Positions 9,727 through 19,004 of a DNA stretch of 64,000 bases are shown piece by piece. The position numbers and the translations under genes were made by a program. Numbering within the stretch: the first letter of the stretch is position 1; the number at the start of each line of letters is the position of its first letter. Origin of the DNA: Candidatus Aminicenantes bacterium (lineage in GTDB: Bacteria > Acidobacteriota > Aminicenantia > Aminicenantales > Saccharicenantaceae); NCBI GenBank assembly GCA_963773685.1, contig CAVZBY010000002.1, positions 274,038 to 338,037 on the forward strand, written 5' to 3'. Under the pieces are notes generated by a model. It saw only the letters and a program-made list of their open reading frames with translations. It did not search any database and was not told the DNA's origin.

Positions 9727-11550
9727 ATGAATCTCACGGACGGACGCAGGCGCTACGGCGCTCTCCCGGCTATCCTGATCTTCGTATTCCTGGCCCTCGC
9801 GGCCGGGCAGGCCGCGGATGCCCAGGACGCGGCCCTGGCCAAGAAGCTGAAGGGCTTCGACGCCTACATGACGAAGGTCGTCAAGGACTGGAATGTTCCG
9901 GGCATCGGGGTCGGGATCGTGGCCGGCGACAAGCTCGTTTTCGTCAAGGGCTACGGCTACCGGGATTACGGAAAGAAGCTCCCGTTCACGGACGGGACCC
10001 TGTTCCAGATCGCTTCGAACACGAAGCTCTTCACGGCGGTGGCGGCGGGGATGCTCGTGGACGAGGGGAAGCTCACCTGGGACGAGCCCGTTCGCGAATC
10101 GGTCCCCGTCATCCGCTTCTACGACGACCAGCTCAACAACACGGTGACCCTCCGGGACATGCTCGCCCACCGGACGGGCATCACGCGGCATGATTCCATC
10201 TGGTACAAGTCGGACTTCACGCGCAAGGAGCTCTTCGAGAAGACCCGGTATCTTGAGCCCTCCGCGCCCATCCGTCAGACCTTCCTTTACAATAATCTGA
10301 TGTACGCGGCGACAGGCTACATCATCGAGCTCCAGTCGGGCAAGACCTGGGAGCAGTTCGTCCGCGAGAGGATCTTCGCCCCGCTGGACATGACGAGCAC
10401 GGTCTTTACGGTCGGCGAGATGGAGAAGGCGCCGGACCACGCGGTCCCGTTCACCGAGAAGCGGGACAGCTTCGAGCTGTACGAGATCCCCATCTACGCC
10501 GAATCCGGCGGCGTCGCCCCCTGCGGGGCCATCATCTCCAACATCCGGGATATGTCCCACTGGCTCACGGCCCTGATGAACGACGGGAAATATCAGGGCA
10601 AGCAGGTCATTCCGGCCGACGTCCTCAAGGCGACCCTGGAGCCGGCCATCGCCCTCCCGAACAATATGGCCGAGATGTTCGGGTACTGGGAGCTCCTGAA
10701 CTCGGCCTACGGCATGGGCCGCGAAACGGCCTCGTACCGGGGCCATTTCCTGACGTCCCACGGGGGCGACCTTCCCGGCCTCCATTCCCAGATCTCCTTC
10801 CTGCCGAAGGAGAAGCTGGGCGTCATCGTCTTCGTCATCGGGAACCACTGCTCCCAGCTCTATGACCTCGTCAGCTGGAACCTCTACGAGCGCCTCCTGG
10901 GCCTCGACGAGACCCCGTGGATCTCCCGGATGCTCGAGATGCGGCTGAAAGGGAAGAAGGCGGGCACCGAGGCCCGGGCCAAAGCCGGGGCGGACAAGGT
11001 GCCGAACACGATGCCTTCCCACAAGCTCTCCGACTACGCGGCCGAATACGAGAACCCCGCCTACGGCGTCCTCAAGATCACCTTCGAAGGCGCCGGGCTC
11101 CAGTCCGACTTCCACAAGATGAAGCTCCCGTTGTCCCACGTCCATTACGACCGCTTCGACACGCCGGACGACGAGCAGTACGGCAAGTTCTCCATCAACT
11201 TCCGGACGAACCCCCAGGGCGACATCGATAAGGCCGTCATCTCCCTGGACGAGGCCGAGGCCGTCTTCACGAGAAAGGCCGACAGGCTGTCCCCCGAGAT
11301 GCTCGCCAAGCTGGCCGGGACCTACGAGACGCCCACGGCCGTCAAGTTCCGGGTGGTCCTGAAGGAGGACGGCAGCCTTAACCTGGCCTTCCCGGGCCAG
11401 GGCGACGAGCTTCTCATCCCTTACAAAGGATTGAAGTTCCGGATCAAGGCGTTCTCCGACGTGATGTGGGAGTTCATCCTGGAGAACGGCGAGGTCAAGG
11501 GTCTCAAGCAGACCGACCCGTCCTCGTCGACCGTTTTCAAGCGGCTCTGA
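9727..11550 (+). CDS. secreted serine hydrolase, beta-lactamase (class C/PBP-like) family, with a C-terminal DUF3471-like domain
   Basis: 607 aa, intact, signal peptide. SxxK motif IASNTKLFTA, YxN region and HGG triad (FLTSHGGDLPG). The long C-terminal extension is typical of Acidobacteria paralogs. Confidence 0.7.
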   Translation: MNLTDGRRRYGALPAILIFVFLALAAGQAADAQDAALAKKLKGFDAYMTKVVKDWNVPGIGVGIVAGDKLVFVKGYGYRDYGKKLPFTDGTLFQIASNTKLFTAVAAGMLVDEGKLTWDEPVRESVPVIRFYDDQLNNTVTLRDMLAHRTGITRHDSIWYKSDFTRKELFEKTRYLEPSAPIRQTFLYNNLMYAATGYIIELQSGKTWEQFVRERIFAPLDMTSTVFTVGEMEKAPDHAVPFTEKRDSFELYEIPIYAESGGVAPCGAIISNIRDMSHWLTALMNDGKYQGKQVIPADVLKATLEPAIALPNNMAEMFGYWELLNSAYGMGRETASYRGHFLTSHGGDLPGLHSQISFLPKEKLGVIVFVIGNHCSQLYDLVSWNLYERLLGLDETPWISRMLEMRLKGKKAGTEARAKAGADKVPNTMPSHKLSDYAAEYENPAYGVLKITFEGAGLQSDFHKMKLPLSHVHYDRFDTPDDEQYGKFSINFRTNPQGDIDKAVISLDEAEAVFTRKADRLSPEMLAKLAGTYETPTAVKFRVVLKEDGSLNLAFPGQGDELLIPYKGLKFRIKAFSDVMWEFILENGEVKGLKQTDPSSSTVFKRL

Positions 11551-11610
11551 GCGAACGGGGAGCGCGGCATCCGGGGCCCTTCAGGGCCTCCGGCTGCGAA
11601 GGAGGACCGG

Positions 11611-12968
11611 GTGATATTCCGTGTCGGCGTCTGTCTCTTGATCGCCTTGTTTTGGGGGACCGGGGCGTCCGGGGCGGGGACGGGGCCCGGGCGGACGGAG
11701 ATCTGCAAATGGCCGAACGGGAGCCGGGCGGCGATCTCCCTGACTTACGACGACGGCAGCATCAACCAGTTCCGGGTCGCCGTGCCCATCATGAAGGACC
11801 TGGGATTCCCCGCGACCTTCCATATCATCACGGGCCGGGTTCCCGGCTCGACGTATCCCGGCCGGTTCATCGGGCGGCCCGTCAAAGATATCGTTGCCGG
11901 TACCGCTTCCGTCCCGACCGGAAAGGACAACCTCTTCGAACGGGCTTCGGCGATCGCCCACCTCGGATTCGAGGAAGGGGTCGAATGCCACGGCCGCGCG
12001 GGGGAGCTCTTCGAGGACGGGGAAATCAGACGAAGCGTATCGCGTCATCGACAAGGGATATGCGGATTTCCGTTCGGGGGCCTGGGTGAAAAAGCTTCCG
12101 ACGGATACGAGCGCGGAGTCGCGGGACGTCGTCGGCTGGGACGATCTCTCGAACCTGGCCCGGGAAGGATTCGAGATCTCGAGCCACACGATCACCCATC
12201 CGCGCCTGGCCGTTCTCGACGAGGCCAACCTGGTCTATGAGCTCGAGAAGAGCCGCCAGGATATCCTCGACCACCTCGGCCCCGAACAGACCTTCACGGT
12301 CGAATGTCCCTACGGAACCGAGGACGAGCGCGTGATGAGATATGCGCTGGCCCGCTACCCGGCGTCGCGCAACCGGATGCCCGAGCCCTGGCTCGAGGAG
12401 ATCAACCGGGCGAGCGAAAAGGACCCGCTATCCGCGGACCGGGACTACGTTCAGTGGCAGCGCGGGGCGCTGACCGATACCCCGATGGAGCTGATGAAAG
12501 CCTGGGTGGACACGGTCGCGTCCCGCGACAACATGTGGCTGGTCCTGGTCTTTCACGGCGTCGACGGCGTCGGTTGGGAGCCGAAGACGGGCGCCGAGCT
12601 CTCCGAATACTTCGGCTATATCAAGTCCCTCGGAGGCCGGGTCTGGGTGGCGACATTCCAGGACGTCGCGAAGTACATGCGCGAGCGGATGCGCGCGAAC
12701 GTCCGCGTCCGTCCGGAAGGGGAGGGGTTCGAAGTCTCCGTGAGCCATGACCTGCCGCCGGAACTTTACGACAGGCCGCTCACCCTGAGGACGGCGGTCC
12801 CGGACGCGTGGCCCGCCGCCGAGGTCCGGCAGGGGAGCCGCGTCGTCAGGGTGCGCGTGGAAGGGACGATCGGAGCCCGCTTCGTTCTGTATGAAGCGGC
12901 CCCGAATTCCGGGTCCGTGACGCTCGCCTGCGCGGGCGTCACGGACCGCAGACTGTGCCTTTCGTTAG
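11611..12968 (+). CDS. polysaccharide deacetylase (NodB-homology) family protein. There is 1 frame shift near 12015 and the 3' end is uncertain
   Basis: GTG start after a GAAGGAGGA ribosome-binding site, then a signal peptide. ISLTYDDGSINQF and ATFHIITG are NodB motifs. The sequence continues in the next frame (..HTITHPRLAVLDEANLVYELEKSRQDILDHLG..). No in-frame stop occurs before it overlaps the convergent TonB receptor, so the stop is probably hidden by a further shift. Confidence 0.55.
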
Positions 12969-15718
12969 AACATGACCCGGATGCCGACCCTCGCGGCGCG
13001 CGGATCGACGAAGCTGAGAAGCTCATGCCCGTCCGTCGACGGGGTGTCCCCGGGGATCCAGTCGTAGCCGATACGCGTTCCCCAGTCATCGATCGTGTTG
13101 TCGTTCAGGACGTTGAATACGTCCAGGATGATGCCGAGGCGGTATCTCCCGGACAGCAGAAACGTCTTTTCCAGACGGAGGTCGAGACCCGTGGCCATCT
13201 TGTAGTGTTCGGAGCCGCGGGTTTTGACGAAGACGGTCTCGCGGCCCTGGTTGAGGAGCGAAGATGGCGTCCGATATCTCATCGTCCAGGCGCGGCCGGT
13301 GATGGAGTGGAAGTAGGCGTTGAAGTTGATGTCGAAAGGAAGGACATAGGTCGCCTGGACCTTGAACATATGGGTCGGGTCGGAAGAGCAGTTGCCCTCG
13401 CCGTTGATCCAGAAGTTCGGGTCGACCGTGTTGTTCCATCTGCCGAAATCGTCCGACTGGCCGTTGTCGATCGTCCCGGTGGCCTTGCCGTAGACATAGG
13501 ACGCGAGGAACTGCCATCTGTTCGAGAACCGCTTGTTGAACATGAACTCGACGCCCGTGTATTTCCGGTAGGGATCGAGCAGGATCCAGGGATTGTCCTT
13601 GCTGATATTGCCCAGGACGAAGTCGTGGTTGTCCCCGGAGATGAGGTTGTATAAGGTCAGGGTCTTGTCGGCGTCGGGGATGGCGACGTCGACCGTTTCG
13701 TATTGGGCGGCCATATCATAGACCCCCATGATGTTCTTCCAGCGGCGCGAGATGAACGACGCGGAGAAGGAGGCGTCCTTGAAGAGCTCGCGCTCCAGGC
13801 TCACCGTGAACTGTTCCATATACGGGTGTTTCGTCCCCTCGGCCAGCCGGTACGTGTTCAGGGTCCGCTCGAATTCCACGAACCTGCCCTCGTTGATATC
13901 CCACATGGAGCTGATAAAGGGCTTGAACGCCGTCGGGCTGAGGCGGTCGAAGGCGTTGCTCAGCATGGCCTCGGTGAATTGGCCGTAGTGGGCCTTGAGG
14001 ATCGTCGTCTTGTCGCCCAGGATATCGAACGTGAAGCCGAGCCGGGGGGCGATCCGGGACGTCTTGAAGACCGAGCCCGACACGCCGTTGACGAAGCCCC
14101 AGTTCTGGCTGAAGCGGACGCCGGCGCTGACGTTCAGGCGTTTCGTCACCTGCCAGGAATCCTGGGCGAAGGCCTCGATCCGGAGGTATTTGCTGTTGAG
14201 GTCGTAGCCTTCGTACTGGTAGGCCAGGTACTCGCCGTTGGGCCCGGCGTAATAATAGCCGAGATAATCCACGTAGTACGTGTTATTCGCGCCGGTGAAT
14301 CCGTACCGGCTCCGGACGCCCGATCGTTCGACCTCGACGCCGAACTTGAAGTCGTGGTCGCCCTGGATGAAGTCCTCGGCGTAATGCGTCAGGCTGGCGT
14401 TGACCTGGAGGCGGGAGCGGTCGGCGAGATAGTAGTGGTAGGAATTCCCCAACAGCTTGTTGACGTTGATGTCGAAATGGGCGTTGACGTCGCGGCCCAT
14501 CTTCGGCTCGAGGTAGTAGTAGCCCCAGAAGTAGGCGGCCTTGAAATCGAGGAACGTCTTGGGGCTGAGGATGTGGGTCATGGTCAGGCTGCCGACGACC
14601 TCGGGGGATTTCTGCTCCACGGTGGATTCCGTGCCGAGCTCGGCGTGGGAGAACCCGAACGGGGCGCGGTTGACGCCGTTGTAGGTGTCGACCTCGAGGG
14701 AGAAGGTGGCGTTGGTCTTCGGGGAGAGCTGGGAGCTCAACTTCGCGAAGGACCGGGGCTGATAGTAGTTGCGCGCTTCGGGGAACCCGGTCGGGAAGAA
14801 CCAGGTCTCGTAATATTGGAGGCCGAGGTAGAACCACAGCTTGTCCTTGATGATCGGACCGCCGAGGTGGCCGTTGACGTCGAACAGCTTGTTGACGGGG
14901 GAGGTGACGTCGGGGAAGTCGCCCGCGTAATCCTTGTTATTGGTGGTCTGCCACAGGCCCTTGGGGAACTCGCCGGGCTTGCCCTGGAAATCGAGCTCGA
15001 AATGGCCGGAGAGGGAATTGCCTCCGGACTTGGTGACGAGGTTGAAGATGACCCCGGTGAAGTTGCCGTACTCGGCCGGCAGGCCGAGGCCCATGATCTT
15101 GGCCTCCTCGATGATGTTGTGATCGAGGAAGACCCAGGCCGAGCCGCCCTCGGGGTCCGAGACGTTGACGCCGTCCATGGCATAGGCGATGCCCGTGTCC
15201 TGGGCGGAGCCGTAGGCGGAATTGTCGGTGACGCCCGGGGCCAGGTTGACGATGTTCGCGGTGAACTGGTTGTACGGGATGTTCCGCAGGATCTCGTTGC
15301 TCAGGGTGACCGAAGCCGACTCGGTCGATTTGACGTCGACGGTCGGCGCCTCACCGACGACGGTGACCTCCTCGGCCACGGTCGACTGGGGGAGCACGAT
15401 GTCCACGGTCAGCCGGGTCGTCGTGGTCAGCCGGATGGCTTCCCGGACGACCGTCCGGAACCCCTGCATCTCGGCCTTGAGCGCATAGGTTCCCGGCGGG
15501 AGCGCCGGGAATCGGAACTGGCCGTTGGGATCGGTCAGGGCCGACCTCGTGCCCATAAGGTTCGGGGACGTCAGCGTCACGGAGACCCCGGGCAGGGGAG
15601 CGTTCTCCGCATCCGTGACCGTCCCTTCGATGGCGCCGGTGTCCTTGGATTGGGAAAGGACGAACGGCGACAGGAAGAACAGCAGGGCCGCCGCCGCGGC
15701 AAACAATTTGAGTCTCAT
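12965..15718 (-). CDS. TonB-dependent receptor with an N-terminal carboxypeptidase-regulatory-like domain (TBDR #1)
   Basis: 917 aa, intact. Signal peptide, CarbopepD_reg motifs (GTVTDAENAPLPGVSVTL..TDPNGQFRF..LPPGTYAL), plug and barrel, and a C-terminal ..GIRVMF aromatic end. Confidence 0.8.
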   Translation of the reverse strand: MRLKLFAAAAALLFFLSPFVLSQSKDTGAIEGTVTDAENAPLPGVSVTLTSPNLMGTRSALTDPNGQFRFPALPPGTYALKAEMQGFRTVVREAIRLTTTTRLTVDIVLPQSTVAEEVTVVGEAPTVDVKSTESASVTLSNEILRNIPYNQFTANIVNLAPGVTDNSAYGSAQDTGIAYAMDGVNVSDPEGGSAWVFLDHNIIEEAKIMGLGLPAEYGNFTGVIFNLVTKSGGNSLSGHFELDFQGKPGEFPKGLWQTTNNKDYAGDFPDVTSPVNKLFDVNGHLGGPIIKDKLWFYLGLQYYETWFFPTGFPEARNYYQPRSFAKLSSQLSPKTNATFSLEVDTYNGVNRAPFGFSHAELGTESTVEQKSPEVVGSLTMTHILSPKTFLDFKAAYFWGYYYLEPKMGRDVNAHFDINVNKLLGNSYHYYLADRSRLQVNASLTHYAEDFIQGDHDFKFGVEVERSGVRSRYGFTGANNTYYVDYLGYYYAGPNGEYLAYQYEGYDLNSKYLRIEAFAQDSWQVTKRLNVSAGVRFSQNWGFVNGVSGSVFKTSRIAPRLGFTFDILGDKTTILKAHYGQFTEAMLSNAFDRLSPTAFKPFISSMWDINEGRFVEFERTLNTYRLAEGTKHPYMEQFTVSLERELFKDASFSASFISRRWKNIMGVYDMAAQYETVDVAIPDADKTLTLYNLISGDNHDFVLGNISKDNPWILLDPYRKYTGVEFMFNKRFSNRWQFLASYVYGKATGTIDNGQSDDFGRWNNTVDPNFWINGEGNCSSDPTHMFKVQATYVLPFDINFNAYFHSITGRAWTMRYRTPSSLLNQGRETVFVKTRGSEHYKMATGLDLRLEKTFLLSGRYRLGIILDVFNVLNDNTIDDWGTRIGYDWIPGDTPSTDGHELLSFVDPRAARVGIRVMF

Positions 15719-15932
15719 GTTTCCTCCTCTCGATCAGATCGGCAATATCTAAAACACGATAGGATCCGCTATTTCGCTGACTGCCCAAAATATAGGAAAT
15801 CGTTTCTGCCTTGTCAACGGATATAATTCCAAAATTCTGAATATCGCGCCCGTGCGCCGAACGGGTTGATTGGCGGATGCCTCCGTGATATATATCGGCC
15901 ATGTTCGTGCGGCGCGCGCCGGTGGAGGGATC

Positions 15933-16832
15933 ATGAAAAGAACGATGGTCGTCCTCGCGGGACTCGTCTTGATGGCCGGGCTCACGGCGGCGCAATCCCC
16001 GAAACCCGGGCTCAGGGTCTTCGTTTCGGCGGACATGGAGGGGATCTGGGGCGTCGTCCACGGCGATCAGACCTCGTCGGAATCCCCCGAATACGGGCCG
16101 GCCCGCCGCTGGATGACCGAGGACGTCAACGCGGTCGTCGCCGGGCTCTTCGAGGCCGGGGCGACGGAGGTCGTGGTCAACGATTCCCACGGGAGCATGC
16201 GCAACATCATTCCCGACGAGCTCGACCCGCGGGCCAGCCTGATCAGCGGATCGCCGAAACCCCTGTCGATGATGCAGGGGATCGGAGAGTCCTTTCAGGC
16301 CTGTCTCTTCATCGGCTACCACGGCAAGGCCGGCACCGAGGCCGCGATCCTCGACCATACGATCTCCGGCTCGGTCGTCTATGCCATCCGGATCAACGGC
16401 GTCGAGATGCCCGAGCTCGGGATGAACGCGGCCATCGCGGGGTATTTCGGCGTCCCGGTCGTCATGGTCAGCGGTGATACCTCGTTCTGCGACCAGGCGA
16501 AGGCCATGCTGGGACAGGGGACCGTCGCGGTCGCCGTCAAAGAGGGCTTTGGACGATATGCGGCCCGCCTTTTCCCCAGGGAGTCGGCCCGCAAGGCGCT
16601 CCGGGACGGGGCCCGGGAGGCCCTGCTCCGGCGCGCGGCGGCGAAGGTGTTCCGCATCGAGCCCCCCTGCCGTTTCGAGGTCGCGTTCCACACCAGCGGC
16701 CAGGCCGAGATGTCGATGCTCCTGCCGGCCGTCTCCCGTCTGGATTCCCGGACCGCGGTCTTCTCGACGAACGATTATCTCGAGGGGTTCAAGCTGATGA
16801 GGGCCATGATCGCCCTCGGCTCGGGCCGGTAA
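15933..16832 (+). CDS. D-aminopeptidase DppA-like M55 peptidase, secreted
   Basis: 299 aa from MKRTMVVLAGLVLMAG. ..VFVSADMEGIWGVVH..VVNDSHGSMRN..GYHGKAGT.. are M55 hallmarks. Confidence 0.65.
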   Translation: MKRTMVVLAGLVLMAGLTAAQSPKPGLRVFVSADMEGIWGVVHGDQTSSESPEYGPARRWMTEDVNAVVAGLFEAGATEVVVNDSHGSMRNIIPDELDPRASLISGSPKPLSMMQGIGESFQACLFIGYHGKAGTEAAILDHTISGSVVYAIRINGVEMPELGMNAAIAGYFGVPVVMVSGDTSFCDQAKAMLGQGTVAVAVKEGFGRYAARLFPRESARKALRDGAREALLRRAAAKVFRIEPPCRFEVAFHTSGQAEMSMLLPAVSRLDSRTAVFSTNDYLEGFKLMRAMIALGSGR

Positions 16833-16837
16833 GCCCG

Positions 16838-17171
16838 GTGAAGAAGCTCGCGGCGCTGGCCCTCGTCGCCGCTGTCGGCATCCTCGTTTACACCCGATTA
16901 TACCGATCCCCCGCGCTCGCCCGAAGAGACGGAGTACCGGCGCATCACGAAGGCCTTCGATGCGGCCCTCGGACGCTACGGCCAGGCGAACCGCATGACG
17001 GCCGCGGGAGGCCTGGACATGACGGCGGACATCGGGGATATCGCTGCGACGGTCGATGCCCTTCGGGTGGAATCGGTCGCTCTCGAAGCGCGGGTCGTGG
17101 ACGATAAGCTCCTCGCGAAGGTCCGCGACCTGGGTGCGCGGATGGAGCGGTTCCTGGCCGACAAGCGATGA
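16838..17171 (+). CDS. small hypothetical membrane-anchored protein, 1 frame shift near 16912
   Basis: MKKLAALALVAAVGILVYTRLY followed in another frame by ..EYRRITKAFDAALGRYGQANRMTAAGGLDM..VDDKLLAKVRDLGARMERFLADKR*. No family recognised. Confidence 0.25.
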
Positions 17172-17266
17172 GCGGCGGCCGAGGGCGCGCGGGGACGAAG
17201 GGGCCTTGACAGCGGGCCCGATCAAGGCTATGAATACGGCTTCATTCCTGAGCCGGAGGAGGATCC

Positions 17267-18671
17267 ATGGGCGGTTTCTTCGGGATCGCATCGCGACGGG
17301 ACGCCATTACCGATCTCTATTACGGGACGGACTACCATTCGCACCTGGGGACGAAGAGGGGCGGCCTGGCCGTCCTTCGGGACGACGGCTTGCGCCGGGT
17401 CATCCATAACATCGAGAACGCCCAGTTCCGCTCGAAGTTCGACGACGATATCGGGCGCATGCATGCCCATACGGGGATCGGCGTCATCAGCGATACCGAC
17501 GACCAGCCGCTTCTCATCCGGTCGCACCTCGGAGATTTCGCGATCGCGACGGTCGGGACCATCAAGAACGCTTCCGAGCTCGCCGGCGAGGCCTTCCGGA
17601 GCCGGCGCCTGCACTTCTCCGAGATGGGCGGCGGGGAGCTCAATCCGACCGAGCTCGTGGCCACGCTCATCAACCAGGGAGAGAGCTTCGAAGAGGGGAT
17701 CCGCATCGCCCAGGATTCCATCGTCGGCTCGTGCTCGATCCTTCTCCTTACGAAAGAAGGCATCTACGCGGCGAGGGACAGGCGGGGAAGGACCCCGGTC
17801 ATCATCGGCCGGAACCACGAGAGCGTCGTCGTGACGATGGAGACCTGCGCCCTTCCCAACCTGGGTTTCGACGCCTGGAAGGACCTGGGGCCGGGAGAGA
17901 TCGTCTTCGTGACGGCCGAGGGCGTCGAACGCCGCGGCGAACCCGGAGACGTTCTCCAGATCTGCGCCTTCCTTTGGGTCTATTACGGGTATCCGGCATC
18001 GAGCTACGAAGGCATCAACGTCGAATGCACGCGGAACCGATGCGGCGCCGCCCTGGCGCGGCGCCACCCGGCAGACGATCGATTTCGTGGCCGGCATCCC
18101 GGATTCCGGGGTGGGACACGGGCTCGGCTTCGCGGCGGAGTCCGGGGTCCCGTTCCGGCGCCCCTTCGTCAAGTACACGCCGACCTGGGCCCGAAGCTTC
18201 ATGCCCCAGAACCAGGACGTCCGGGACCTCGTCGCCCGGATGAAGCTCATCCCCATCCGGGAGATCATCGAGGGAAGGCGGTTCCTCTTCTGCGAGGATT
18301 CCATCGTCCGCGGGACCCAGCTCAAGGATACCGTCCAGCGGCTTTACGACGTCGGGGCGCTCGAGGTCCATATGCGCCCGGCCTGCCCGCCTCTCGTCTT
18401 CGGCTGCAAGTTCCTGAACTTCTCCGTATCCCGGTCGGTCATGGACCTTGCCGCGCGCCGCGCCATCCGCGAGCTCGAGGGCCCGGATTTCGAGGAGTTC
18501 GCCAGGTACGCCCGGTACGACTCTCCGGAATACGCCGCCATGGAAGAAAGCATCCGGAAGCGGCTCAACCTGACCTCGCTCAAGTACCAGCGCCTCGACG
18601 ACCTCGTCGAGGCCATCGGATTGCCCAAGGAAAAGCTCTGCACGTATTGTTGGGACGGGGTCGAACGCTGA
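17267..18671 (+). CDS. amidophosphoribosyltransferase-like protein (class-II GATase domain plus PRTase domain), 1 frame shift near 18060. Gly replaces the N-terminal catalytic Cys
   Basis: GGAGGAG ribosome-binding site. MGGFFGIASRRD..HLGTKRGGLAV.. aligns to PurF MCGIVGI..HRGQDAAGI. The C-terminal PRTase part (..FLFCEDSIVRGTQLKDTVQRL..) sits in ORF 18087..18671. Confidence 0.6.
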
Positions 18672-18696
18672 GGCGCAAATATATCTTCGTGACGTC

Positions 18697-18725
18697 TTGA
18701 CAACCGTCCTCCCCGAACCTAGATT
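18697..18725 (+). promoter_or_regulatory. sigma70-like promoter candidate upstream of the tricorn-like gene (TTGACA, 17-nt spacer, TAGATT)
   Basis: Sequence match. It is followed by about 280 nt of leader that contains a GCGCCCGC-AAAC-GCGGGCG hairpin. Confidence 0.3.
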
Positions 18726-19004
18726 GATATTGTTCCCGGACGCGGGTCCGGAAGGCGGTTCGAACGGAAATCCGGGACGGCCGGATCGACCCTTGGGAAG
18801 GCCTTCCCAAGAGAGCTTCGAGGGCGCCCGCAAACGCGGGCGGAAGGTCTGTAGGGGCCAGGATGAGGCGGGCCCGACAGACATAGAGAAGGAAGGCCTG
18901 GGACGGAGAAGGGGAGAGAAGGTCGTCCCGGTCTTTTTATATCCTCTCTTTGACGAAACCCCCGACATGAAAAATACGTACCTATCCATATAGGACGGAA
19001 ACTC

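Noticed and set aside
13703-15826. 707-aa plus-strand ORF, and similar long antisense ORFs at 9700-11145, 15351-17291, 33993-35636, 38231-39865, 49947-51149 and 26618-27535 (the extended part)
   Set aside because: All overlap strongly supported genes on the opposite strand, and their translations are Arg/Gly/Pro/Asp-rich without domain signatures. They are GC-driven open frames.
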